64,000 bases of DNA, from NCBI GenBank assembly GCA_000002435.2, contig CM018793.1; one strand, given 5' to 3'. This stretch comes from Giardia intestinalis. Lineage: Eukaryota. The notes beneath the pieces are model-generated. The model saw only the letters and a program-made list of their open reading frames with translations, was not told the DNA's origin and made no database searches. A program made the position numbers and the translations under genes. Below are positions 32,001-41,062 of this stretch, piece by piece. Position 1 is the first letter of the stretch. Each line of letters opens with the position of its first letter.

Positions 32001-34894
32001 ACAAGGCCACGCAGCATTATCTTGAGTGCATGAACCAGGAAATGGCTGTCGAATCCGCCTTTCGTGCCAATAACTTTAAGCTCGTCGAATCCTTGCTTAT
32101 GGACATCCCGGCCGCAGAAACTAACGCTCATCTCTGCTTTAGACTTGCCGAGATGAAATATATCTCCGGAGACGCTGCAGGGGCAGCGACTTGGCTTTTA
32201 AAGGCAGATCAACCCTTACTGGGGCTGTCTGCGTTCATCTGTGCCGGGAAGTTTGATGAGGCCATTCAGTTTATACGGTCAAATCTTCCGCGGCAGAGCT
32301 ACAGAGAACTCCTTGTTCACGAGGCTAAAAGAATTATTTCACTCGGGTCTGCTCCGTCGAACAATCCGGTACAAGAAAAAACGAAGACACTAACTAGCTC
32401 TGGGGTGTTCGCGAGCTCTTCCGGAGAATCCTCAGAAAAGCAGAATGTCCAATCTTTCCTTAATCGTATGGAGTCCTTGTCCCATATTCGTGGAGTTTAT
32501 TCTGCGATCGAACTTCTAAAGCTTGCTGGCCTGTATGAGGACGTGGCGGATATTCTACAAGGGAACTCTATGTGGGACGAGCTATATAGCTTTGCTAAAG
32601 AACACGCGGCTTCCTTCTCTAATTACCCTGACATATTGCGCATGGTTGCAGATGCTAAAAGAGTGAAAGGAGATAAGAAGAGCTGCGCCACGATACTCGA
32701 GGAGCTTTGCATGGAGCTATATGGGTTATCTGGATCATCGAGTGGATCCTCTGGAGGCATGGGTGCAGCGACTGACGGCTACACGCGGCTACGGACACAG
32801 GCTAGTCATTTGATACAAGCGCGCAGAGACGTCCTCTTGGAAGCTAGCTCTATGTACTGCGACCTATTTATGTATTTAGAGGCTATTCGGTTGTGCAAGC
32901 GCTGTGGGGACATGGACGCATTAACTGACGTTTGCCTTTTGTGGGTTAGCTCTAATGCTAACAGATCTCTTCTTATTCAGCAGCTTAAGCAGCTCAATAT
33001 TATTGAGCCGACTCTTACCAAGGCAGCTGATAGGGGTATGTGGGACGTGTGCACAGAGCTTAGCGAATATTGTCCAGATCCAGAAGCTGTACGCTGTGAT
33101 CTCTTCTGGCGCAGAGGAAGGAAGCTGGAAATAGAAGGGCGCCTAAAGGAGGCTGAGGAGTTCTACGCAAAAGCAGGAAAGCACCAAGAAATAGTTGGAA
33201 TGTACCTTGATACAGGAAAGTTTGAAGATGCGCAGCAGGCAGCTATGGAGATGACTAGTAATTTTGAGCGTGAAAGAGCCATGCGCAGTATCCGTGAATC
33301 CAAAGCGAGAGTACTAGCTAGTGAAGGGAAGTGGCGAGAGGCTGAGGCGGAATTCATTGAGTTAGGTCTTGTAGAAGATATAATATCTATCTATCGAAGC
33401 AACCAAATGTGGCAAGATGCTCTTCGGGTGGCCAAGGAACACGGAGATAGCGTCCTAGTGGAGAACCTCAGTGAGTCTTATGTAAAGCATGATAAGCTTC
33501 GCTCGGGGCTCGGCACAAGTGCAAGTGCTTTTGAGCCTGGCGCAAAGGCAGATCTTGGTGATGGATCCGGCCTTGCTGGTAGGACTAAGCAGCATGGAAG
33601 CGATGTGCAGACTGCCAGGTCCATACTGGAGGCAGGCAGTAGCGCCGGCCTGCGTAAAATGCTGATGTCTGCGGCCCGCAGTGGTAGCGATGTTCTATTC
33701 GAGGTTGTGCTTCATCGTTGTGCCGAGCTAGCGTCAATGGTGCTTAACAATGACATTCAGGACTCAAGCATCGTGGAAGATATAGCAATTATCTCGCCGT
33801 CCATTCACAATTTCGAGGAGATAGGCTCGCCTCATGAACGTGTCATGTCCCTTGCGGTTGCATACTTGAGCAAGGGCGTGCCTCTTTCTGTCACAACTGG
33901 GACAGAAAGCAAGGGCACTATAAGCCTAATTATCTCTGACGTCTGCAATAGGGAGCAGCTACTGCTAGTATGCAGAGGGGTCCTCTCTTTGGCGTTTGTA
34001 GAGTCCGAATACGTTAATCGCATAACAAAACAAGAGACACACGGAGACGGGATCTTTTGTAGATTACGGAGCATTTTGTTAAGCTACAGAAACATGCTTT
34101 TGAACACTGTCAGAGGCACAAAAGCAGCAGAGACAGATAAGGTTAACTTTATTCCCGGTGACCAGGAGCTGTCTCGCTGTTTCGAGGCAACGCACCTGAT
34201 AATTCAGCTGGCCAAGTTGTTCATTGGAGCAAAGACCATCTCTTCTATGCGAGACATCGTCTTAGTTTCATCCAGTCTCGTGCGCTATTGTGACTTGCTG
34301 CCCGTCGACAGGTGCTTTGTCGTCGCAGGCGAAAGCTGCAAGCAATTTGTGGAGATCTCCAACGGAAACTCTAATGCTAAGGTGATGGAAGCCCGAACAC
34401 AGTACCTCAACCAATGCTGCGTTTTCCTCAATAAGTTCATTGATCTTCACGAAGAAATATCTAACCACTCGAGAAATTTAGAGCGTATAGACATATCAGA
34501 CTTAACAGGCAGTGGAATCCCGTGGACTGCTCAAGTACCCGTCAACTTGTATTTGTCCAAATCTAGGGCGGATGAAGTGCGGGCCTTTATTCTAGAACTG
34601 ACCATGGACGAAAGTACTACCACAACGCAAGAGTTACCACGAGAGCCTTGTCCTTTCGGTTGTGGAAAACCAATTTGGATAGGGGCATGCTCATGCATCA
34701 ACTGTCGCCAGGTCAGTCCAATTTGCGCGGTTACGGGCTGTCACGTCATCAATCCCAACACACACATGCTTCCAAGCTCGCGTGCTTGCCAAATCTGTGG
34801 GTGTTATGCACGCCCTGCACCATGGAACTCATTAATAACTAAGAGCAAGAATTGCCCTGTTTGTGAAGAGGTAGGCTTTCCTATCGGTAAATGA
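29012..34894 (+). CDS. IFT172: intraflagellar transport protein IFT172 (1960 aa)
   Basis: The N-terminus aligns with metazoan IFT172 from residue 1: VMGIDWSPNSQKLGVLTADHSLYLFNDQGERQDKI against TCMAWS.NN.K.AVCT.DRVVLLYDE.GERRDKF, and ...DKKSIVARIP...VTAVSWP against [21 protein letters not shown]. WD40 repeats come first and TPR-like repeats follow. The C-terminal module is Cys-rich. Confidence 0.8.
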   Translation: MILSYSRNLYPQSTGEKIVMGIDWSPNSQKLGVLTADHSLYLFNDQGERQDKIGLRSTEVKSSNKDFIPLCGTFSPCSTLFVVGQSDKVAYIFRLGQLWTDKKSIVARIPMDDAVTAVSWPLSEATSELSPIIFGTASGNLYLYSFQSKSIQAFVSSACFASLASSKTTTADNQATPLSPMSSPIIKILPIPSMPQCFVAVAESGLAVYVDIKTQQLRAAARHSKAVTTACMIAQKTSHGRHYLVLADVMCKVTVYAVETSAALCVCNIKTPQNIPFTASTASPSGGGCIVANASGLHFLTLVNSQPVTVSYEASSSAVTVYQDSGKGFLPQITSIAWRPDVSVLTVGTSLGSVDNFTPTIGSYRYCGAEVVNSAPNRATINIPRFNGSKRFAAGSIDLHASMSSELRTVKAFPKHDFTSFVQNPSGYKSTNIYLLGIGDSSIVIYSLNDDTINEFRYNASLTDKFFFDVGACRTMVISNTLGEFTVCYLTTQSDPGCTFYKVDIYATMRGCVAPHASVISCYPIYEDAAGSLNRISKIRTVCLGEERTDVLVTDLMPPDMCDDFSDPIVVLFRTKTSRAVDWLFFGPSGNAVLLRDISGGVSILNITDYSITQLSTSVGNGVVQWADPFDVIVGQESPDAPLYVWYNPTDIEDAPEILQPPVPVDNESWSFSYVKSNPNNFSKITAGHVKNISVQAIMTTPSGRQTSVSLDTNLLLFNLLLDKHDILGACQLLSALQDNNARVTNRNLWQKLCSVALDSFNFIVASRCYAALGDLPLSITAREIHERVQNAKDGEAGMTHDRMNLYCQAQIALLNSDLDKYDGLMMSCGRIDEVLTLYKELNLYSRAEKICPESMINTLRTEAIQWLINSGQMTTAGMLLAQRGDVRGALDLLIQDRSYLSAFELAKRAMTSSADPSLAPIIELLIGKLEDSHHYSQAAVLCTLGSGRNHERALALFRKSHAFDEALELARQHLPHECLPIEREWAEWLFQTGQYDKATQHYLECMNQEMAVESAFRANNFKLVESLLMDIPAAETNAHLCFRLAEMKYISGDAAGAATWLLKADQPLLGLSAFICAGKFDEAIQFIRSNLPRQSYRELLVHEAKRIISLGSAPSNNPVQEKTKTLTSSGVFASSSGESSEKQNVQSFLNRMESLSHIRGVYSAIELLKLAGLYEDVADILQGNSMWDELYSFAKEHAASFSNYPDILRMVADAKRVKGDKKSCATILEELCMELYGLSGSSSGSSGGMGAATDGYTRLRTQASHLIQARRDVLLEASSMYCDLFMYLEAIRLCKRCGDMDALTDVCLLWVSSNANRSLLIQQLKQLNIIEPTLTKAADRGMWDVCTELSEYCPDPEAVRCDLFWRRGRKLEIEGRLKEAEEFYAKAGKHQEIVGMYLDTGKFEDAQQAAMEMTSNFERERAMRSIRESKARVLASEGKWREAEAEFIELGLVEDIISIYRSNQMWQDALRVAKEHGDSVLVENLSESYVKHDKLRSGLGTSASAFEPGAKADLGDGSGLAGRTKQHGSDVQTARSILEAGSSAGLRKMLMSAARSGSDVLFEVVLHRCAELASMVLNNDIQDSSIVEDIAIISPSIHNFEEIGSPHERVMSLAVAYLSKGVPLSVTTGTESKGTISLIISDVCNREQLLLVCRGVLSLAFVESEYVNRITKQETHGDGIFCRLRSILLSYRNMLLNTVRGTKAAETDKVNFIPGDQELSRCFEATHLIIQLAKLFIGAKTISSMRDIVLVSSSLVRYCDLLPVDRCFVVAGESCKQFVEISNGNSNAKVMEARTQYLNQCCVFLNKFIDLHEEISNHSRNLERIDISDLTGSGIPWTAQVPVNLYLSKSRADEVRAFILELTMDESTTTTQELPREPCPFGCGKPIWIGACSCINCRQVSPICAVTGCHVINPNTHMLPSSRACQICGCYARPAPWNSLITKSKNCPVCEEVGFPIGK

Positions 34895-34949
34895 TCCGAC
34901 GAGGCCAGCCCAAAGACAAGTAAATTAAGGCAAATAAATTAAAAAGCGG

Positions 34950-37544
34950 ATGGCAAGTCTGGAGCCACAGACAAAGCGCACATCCCACGCTGCTCCGCTT
35001 CGCGCAACAGACTTTCAAGACCGCGAGGCCTCTGATAGCTACGACGATGACGCAAAGTATTCAACTGATGAGGAAGAGCTGTCAGAAGAGGAGGCAGAGT
35101 CAGATAGTGGCATTATCACCAGCGACGATGATTCTAACTCCGACAATCTGGCACAGGTGAATGAACATAGAGCGATGGATAATAGAGCAGTGATCAATGA
35201 TAGTATGGACCAGGCGGCGTTTGGTAGAAGATATCATCTCGAAGCCGACTATCAGGATGCAGAAGAGCAGAGACACGTGCGAATAGAGGAGACTGATCCA
35301 CACATCTACAGAGTTCCCGTGAAGCGTGGGAAGCAGTTCATCTGCCTGCTCAAGATGCATCACCGCTTGATCGAACTAAAGGTGCGTGCAAACAATCCAG
35401 ATAAGTACGTAGGCCTGGGCAGGGTATCAAGCTTTGATGTGCGATCCATTTTCACCAATCCAAACGACCTCAGTTGTATCTATGTCGAGGTATCTGACTT
35501 GCGGACATGCGAGGCCTTCCTTGCTCAATTCATGGAGTATCTGGGACCATATACAGCTACAACATTCACTAAAGCACGCACTACCCGCAGAAAGAACAAG
35601 CAGCCCCCTCCACCTCTGTACTTTGTTCCCCTAATGAACCGCTACAACATCCTTGATTATCAAATAAAGACGGAGAAGATTAATGTTGGAGGCTTTTATG
35701 AGTTGAGGCATGGTAAACGTGCATACAGAAAAGATAGCTGTTGCGTGCTAGAGATCAAGAACCAGACGGCACTTGTCGCTGTCCTCCCGCGCATTCTTTC
35801 TTTGCACAGTAGAGAGCGTCCATCCAATGAAAACCCTCCCAGGCGCCTAACAAGGGAAGAATTTGAAGACTGTATGGGCGAGTCAGCTACATATAGTAGT
35901 GTCACTAGTATCACCAGGGAAAACGAAATCGTCCTTCTTCAAGATGGATACGAACTTCTAGAAGGTATACCATTAAAGGGTCTGGTGCCGCTATCTCAAG
36001 AGCGATATCTCAAGGCCAAGAAGGAGATTTCGCTTTCACAGATATCAGACGTTGATAAACAGTTTGTTAACATTGCCAATCAGAAGCGTATAGATAACGA
36101 AAAGAAGAGCTCCTTGTACACAGGTGAACAAGTAATTATACACAATTATTCTCTGCGGGGAATGGACCTTACAAACGTGAAGGGTATAGTGAGAGCAAAG
36201 TCGACAGGCCACGGGGCTGACGCCCACTATGAGGTAGAAATCATTGGGTTACCGGCCCGAAGCATCAATGATGACACTGATTCAGGACAGCACAACGCAC
36301 AGGGAGCAGCTCCCGCGACACGAGTGCTGCATACCATACAGAGAAGCCATCTCATACGCTTAGTGTCTATCGGCGATCACGTCCAGATTAAAAGGGGCAA
36401 ATATGAGAACACAACCGGGGAAATCAGAGAGGTTGGAAGGTCTGCAGACCAGCGATACCTTTTACTCCGCATTAAGGTGGACACATCCAACGAGTACATA
36501 GGCACATTAGGGTACGACGCCGATGGTGACCAAGACGTCGTTAGTGCCTTCTACGATATGACAGAAGAGATAACATCAGATGAGGTGCGGGTGCACCCAG
36601 GAACTTGGAACGGGCTATCAGAGAACAAGCTTGTAAGCGGCGATATAATTAAGAACAAACGGCTGGTTCAGACGCGAAACAACGAGGACGCTGTTGTGGT
36701 CTTCATTGGACATACCAATGTCGTAATTGTCACTGCCTCCGGTGAAGAAAGAACATGTGAGTTGGAAGAGCTGAGTGCAGTTCAACGTCCGTTCAACCTT
36801 CCGATGCCAAAGGACCACGATGGGCGGATGATGAACGTAGAGAGCGTTGTGCGTGTTCGGGATACAGTAGAGGAGCACAAGGGTGTGATAGGAGAGGTAA
36901 TCCAGATAAGCGTCAACAATCCGTCGATATTGTTCATTGAGCCCTCAAAGAATATCATGGAAAGGAACATCTTCCCGGTCGACTCGCGCTCATGCGATAG
37001 CCTAGTCAGTGGAAGACACGTAGACAACTACAACCGCAAGTTATCAAGGAATAGAAACACAATGAATATTGGTCAGCAAGTTGTGTGCATAGACCGTCAG
37101 TACTCCGGAAAGCAAGGGATGCTGATATCTGTCAACGATAGGGGGGAAGGCCAAGTACAGTTAAGCGATAGAAAGATCACGGTTCCGCTCCATCTACTCA
37201 AAGTTGCTCTCCCTCTTTATAGCAAGCAGTCGACCCAGGTAGAGTATGTACCAACAACGTCCTCGGTCACTAATGTGTTCAGAGAGCTTCACTTCTCAAC
37301 AAACACTGCAGCGCCTTCAACTAGAAGCACAGGGTTCTGGTTCGGTGACAGGTCAGAAACCACAAGAAACATGCTGGCAACCCATAACCAGCTGGAGACG
37401 ACTGAACTCAACCTAGGTGAGTCGGGCATCGCTTCTGCAGCTGATAACACACAAATCGCGGCCTCCAGTACCAACATTAATAACTATGGTGCAAACGACG
37501 AAGACAGTGACGTGGGATTTGAGCAGTATCTTGCTGACTTTTAA
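34950..37544 (+). CDS. SPT5: transcription elongation factor Spt5 (864 aa)
   Basis: An acidic N-terminus is followed by an NGN domain (KRGKQFICLLKMHHRLIELK...IYVEVSDLRTCEAFLAQFMEY). Multiple KOW motifs follow (GDHVQIKRGKYENTTGEIREV, GQQVVCIDRQYSGKQGMLISV). Confidence 0.7.
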   Translation: MASLEPQTKRTSHAAPLRATDFQDREASDSYDDDAKYSTDEEELSEEEAESDSGIITSDDDSNSDNLAQVNEHRAMDNRAVINDSMDQAAFGRRYHLEADYQDAEEQRHVRIEETDPHIYRVPVKRGKQFICLLKMHHRLIELKVRANNPDKYVGLGRVSSFDVRSIFTNPNDLSCIYVEVSDLRTCEAFLAQFMEYLGPYTATTFTKARTTRRKNKQPPPPLYFVPLMNRYNILDYQIKTEKINVGGFYELRHGKRAYRKDSCCVLEIKNQTALVAVLPRILSLHSRERPSNENPPRRLTREEFEDCMGESATYSSVTSITRENEIVLLQDGYELLEGIPLKGLVPLSQERYLKAKKEISLSQISDVDKQFVNIANQKRIDNEKKSSLYTGEQVIIHNYSLRGMDLTNVKGIVRAKSTGHGADAHYEVEIIGLPARSINDDTDSGQHNAQGAAPATRVLHTIQRSHLIRLVSIGDHVQIKRGKYENTTGEIREVGRSADQRYLLLRIKVDTSNEYIGTLGYDADGDQDVVSAFYDMTEEITSDEVRVHPGTWNGLSENKLVSGDIIKNKRLVQTRNNEDAVVVFIGHTNVVIVTASGEERTCELEELSAVQRPFNLPMPKDHDGRMMNVESVVRVRDTVEEHKGVIGEVIQISVNNPSILFIEPSKNIMERNIFPVDSRSCDSLVSGRHVDNYNRKLSRNRNTMNIGQQVVCIDRQYSGKQGMLISVNDRGEGQVQLSDRKITVPLHLLKVALPLYSKQSTQVEYVPTTSSVTNVFRELHFSTNTAAPSTRSTGFWFGDRSETTRNMLATHNQLETTELNLGESGIASAADNTQIAASSTNINNYGANDEDSDVGFEQYLADF

Positions 37545-37590
37545 GAGACGCGTCTCGCGATTGCACTAACGTAATTGGTAACGACCCTGA

Positions 37591-38274
37591 TCACTTCTTC
37601 ACTATTGCGAGGATGAAGTACATCACCGTTATCACAAAGATAACAGTATACGTTATTATCACCTGGGTAAGTATTAGATACTTCAATATCCGGGCACGTG
37701 TGTTGACAACGATATTTGTATTGAAGCTCTGAAGGATGTACAGCATGACGACGCATATGTGGATAGCAAAGATGGACACGACGGCCCCTATCTTTACAGA
37801 GATAGAATCGTCTTGTCGGATGTAAAGGCCAGAAAGAAAGAATGTGAGTATTAGAAGCAAAATTATGGAGCTGATGTGCATGGGCTCAACTATCCAGAAA
37901 TAGCTTCCGTAGGTCTGCTTTGAGAAGAACACATTTGTACTCAACACAAGTGCCCATATATTGATTCCTATCAGTAGGAATATAAGCACCAAATATGCTA
38001 TGTAGGCTGATTTGAACATGGTGAGGCGATATATATCGAAGCTCTGAGCGGCAGAGAAGACCGTATTGCATTCCCTTATGTGCTGGATAGAATTCCTGCA
38101 CCCTAGAATAAACTGACTGTTCATCAATCGCTCCTTGTATTGAGTGGTCAGAAGGCGCCGCTTTGTCTTCTCGTTGGTTTTAGTATCATTGCTAAGCATC
38201 TCATTGAGTACTAGCGGGTCTGATTCATCACTAGACGACTGCTTAGTCTTGGGTCTTAGCCTGCCTTTGCGCAT
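37591..38274 (-). CDS. hypothetical multi-pass membrane protein (227 aa)
   Basis: There are five or six hydrophobic helices. It shares a 29-bp divergent intergenic region with the next gene. Confidence 0.5.
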   Translation of the reverse strand: MRKGRLRPKTKQSSSDESDPLVLNEMLSNDTKTNEKTKRRLLTTQYKERLMNSQFILGCRNSIQHIRECNTVFSAAQSFDIYRLTMFKSAYIAYLVLIFLLIGINIWALVLSTNVFFSKQTYGSYFWIVEPMHISSIILLLILTFFLSGLYIRQDDSISVKIGAVVSIFAIHICVVMLYILQSFNTNIVVNTRARILKYLILTQVIITYTVIFVITVMYFILAIVKK

Positions 38275-38303
38275 AGTTTTGGGCGGTGGCTTAGAATTTT
38301 TGC
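38275..38303. promoter_or_regulatory. 29-bp bidirectional promoter region between divergent genes
   Basis: The ATGs of the divergently transcribed genes 37591-38274(-) and 38304-39461(+) are 29 bp apart. Confidence 0.5.
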
Positions 38304-39461
38304 TTGAAAACCAAATTTAGCCCAATGTCCTGCCGACGCTATGGGTTCTTCGGACCGCAGCCAATGCTGGGTGATGCTCCACAGGGGACGCTGTCCCTAG
38401 AGCCAGAGGAACAAAACTATAACACTCGGGCATTTAAGGGACCCCGCAGCTTCACGACATCTGCTATGCGCCGGGGCACGGGAACAGACATAGGCCTATC
38501 CGGATACCAGCCTTTTTCAAAGAACGAGCCATATGAGGCAAAGAACACCGTCGCAAATCATGACTTTCGGCCCGGGAAGAACCCTAACCGCCAACCATTT
38601 CTCCCCAACTCCAATCCCCAAGTCTCTACAGGAGCTGCTTCTCTCTACACGACTATCACCTGGCCTGATCCACACCAGGACAGGCCGGACAATAACTTGT
38701 ATTCCCATAAGTGTGATGAGACCTGTACGCCTGATTACTATCACGCCAAGATGGTCAATAAGCCCGATGACAGGATCAAGGGGCACCATCCCAATATTAA
38801 GACGAAGCCAGAGGGGGACATAAATAAGGGTCCTCATCTGCGGTACTGCCTGAAGGGGTATCCAGGGGGCATACTTGTCCCAGACGGGGACAAAGACGGA
38901 AGTGAGACCGGACGGGCTTTAAGTGCTGAGTCACGAGGCTTTAACCATAAAAAGTATGGGCATCCAATGCCTTTCAAGACAAGCGGAAGGCCATTCTATG
39001 ATAATCCTTACAGATGGGAGCCGGAGCCGTACAATGACAACGTAAACCACCCAAACTATCGGTCACACAACTTCAAGGGAGGATCCTTCAAAGCAGGAAA
39101 GACTAAGAATGATGTTTTTGACCCGAGCATCTACTCACGGAAAATCAAGAGCGAACGAGTAGGCACTCCAGAAGATTACAAGGGACCTCGACAGTTCCCT
39201 AACACAATGGATCTACCCACTGGCTCAAATGTGCACATATCGGGCAGAGAGTCACGTAAAGGAATCGGCGACAAGTTTATTCCGGGAGGATGCGTTCACC
39301 ACTCGCATCCCACGTACGTTTCTGCAGGCCCTTACGAGATCCAGGAGTATGAAGCAGCAAACACTATACACAACGTTAAGGACGGCATCTTCCTCACCAC
39401 AAACCCACGAGAGAGGCCAAAGGCATGCGCTCGGCCTCGTTTCCAAGGCTCTAAGTACTAG
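38304..39461 (+). CDS. hypothetical protein (385 aa), Pro/Asn/Gly-rich
   Basis: It is an ORF with low-complexity composition. Confidence 0.45.
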   Translation: MKTKFSPMSCRRYGFFGPQPMLGDAPQGTLSLEPEEQNYNTRAFKGPRSFTTSAMRRGTGTDIGLSGYQPFSKNEPYEAKNTVANHDFRPGKNPNRQPFLPNSNPQVSTGAASLYTTITWPDPHQDRPDNNLYSHKCDETCTPDYYHAKMVNKPDDRIKGHHPNIKTKPEGDINKGPHLRYCLKGYPGGILVPDGDKDGSETGRALSAESRGFNHKKYGHPMPFKTSGRPFYDNPYRWEPEPYNDNVNHPNYRSHNFKGGSFKAGKTKNDVFDPSIYSRKIKSERVGTPEDYKGPRQFPNTMDLPTGSNVHISGRESRKGIGDKFIPGGCVHHSHPTYVSAGPYEIQEYEAANTIHNVKDGIFLTTNPRERPKACARPRFQGSKY

Positions 39462-39572
39462 CAGACTCACTAACCCAATGTGTGCTATGCGCTGCACTCA
39501 CATCTTGTTGCAGACATCATCCTGGCATCGTTATCACGTCAATGGCGTGGTGGGTGCAGTTGATTCTTCAAT

Positions 39573-40805
39573 TCACTTCACCATCTTCTTTTCGGAGATC
39601 TTTACCCCTACATCCTTCCAGCTCATAACTTTGGTCGCCGCCAACGTGAAGTCGTCCTCTGTGACATAGTTCCGTCGCTCCCTAAGGGCAAACATCCCTG
39701 CCTCCATGCAGACAGCCCTGCAGTCACTACCAGAAGCCCCCTCCATGCTCTGGCTGATTTTCTTGAAGTCTATCTGTCTAACAAGGTTCATCTTTCTGCT
39801 GTGAATTCTGAGAATCTCTATTCTTCCAGCGACATCTGGAAGCGGGAACTCCACCTTCCTATCAATCCTGCCGGGTCTCAGCAACGCGTCATCCAATGTG
39901 TCTATGCGGTTTGTGGCCATAATTAGCTTAACCGAATTGTTCTCTTCGAAGCCGTCGACCTGGCTGAGCAGTTCCGTCATTGTGCGGTTTACCTCTGATT
40001 CCCCTCCATGCGAATCCTCAGAGCGCTTCGTCCCAATACTGTCGCATTCATCGATGAACACAATTGCAGGCGCGTTCTTAAGTGCCATTTGGAACACTTG
40101 TCTGACCATCCTACTGCCTTCTCCGATGTACTTCGATAACAACTCACTGCCGGAGACCCTAATGAAGGTACACCCGCAGTGATGAGCAACTGCACGTGCA
40201 ACGGCAGACTTACCGCAGCCAGGAGCTCCATAGAGAAGCACTCCCTTCGGCATGGGGATCCCCAGGCGTTTGAAAACCTCGGGATGCTTTATGGGTAGCT
40301 CAAGTATCTCTCGCAACTCTAACACCTGCTTGCTCAGTCCTCCAATGTCGTCATATGATTGATCTGGCACCTTGTCAAGCTTCATCAGCGAGATAGCTGG
40401 ATCAACGTGCTTGGGGAGAATCATCACTATCTCGCTGTCTGACGACCGAAGAGCCACACGGAGCCCAGGCTTCAAGTCGCTCATCGAAACCTTCGAAGAA
40501 ACGTTAACTATCTGCTTGTCGTCCACAGAGGACTTGATATAGCACTTATTGTCTGGAAGGGGTCTGATGACCTCTCCAATGTCGCAGGCAGGCTCTTGAA
40601 GTGTTGCAAGCTCCTCCTTAAGGTGCTTCACCTGGTTGTTAAGCTCGCTGCGTCGGAATAATATGGTTTCAAGCTCTTGACGTTTCTTGAAAACAAGAGC
40701 CCGTGTATTTTCTAGACGCGCCTTGTAGTAGTTTTCAAGAGTAAATTGGATCGGCTCGCCCACTTTGTCCTGCTGCATGCCCTGCTTATTACTGCTAACA
40801 GTCAC
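39573..40805 (-). CDS. RPT3: 26S proteasome regulatory AAA-ATPase subunit, Rpt3 (PSMC4)-like
   Basis: It has Walker A GAPGCGKS, Walker B IVFIDECDS, and second region of homology (SRH) ATNRIDTLDDALLRPGRIDRKVEFPLPD. The strings AVAHH, FIRV, ENAPAI and KMNL match Rpt3 better than other Rpt paralogs. Confidence 0.8.
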   Translation of the reverse strand: MTVSSNKQGMQQDKVGEPIQFTLENYYKARLENTRALVFKKRQELETILFRRSELNNQVKHLKEELATLQEPACDIGEVIRPLPDNKCYIKSSVDDKQIVNVSSKVSMSDLKPGLRVALRSSDSEIVMILPKHVDPAISLMKLDKVPDQSYDDIGGLSKQVLELREILELPIKHPEVFKRLGIPMPKGVLLYGAPGCGKSAVARAVAHHCGCTFIRVSGSELLSKYIGEGSRMVRQVFQMALKNAPAIVFIDECDSIGTKRSEDSHGGESEVNRTMTELLSQVDGFEENNSVKLIMATNRIDTLDDALLRPGRIDRKVEFPLPDVAGRIEILRIHSRKMNLVRQIDFKKISQSMEGASGSDCRAVCMEAGMFALRERRNYVTEDDFTLAATKVMSWKDVGVKISEKKMVK

Positions 40806-41062
40806 TCAAAGATTTTAAAAAATTGTTAAGATATGTGACATCAAAATTGCAATTGCATCGGATGATGAACCACCCTGTTCAGCCTCCCACGTTCATCTAC
40901 CGTGACCTGATACCTATTCCAGACATAGTGTGGGACGAAGACGATGTCGACCTCAACGATTCATATGCTCTAGAGCGCCTCATGCTGAAGCGGATGGTCG
41001 ACTGACTCAGCAGACTACCGACGTGGCATGCAAAATGTTTACATTATACACTCGGCAGTAAA

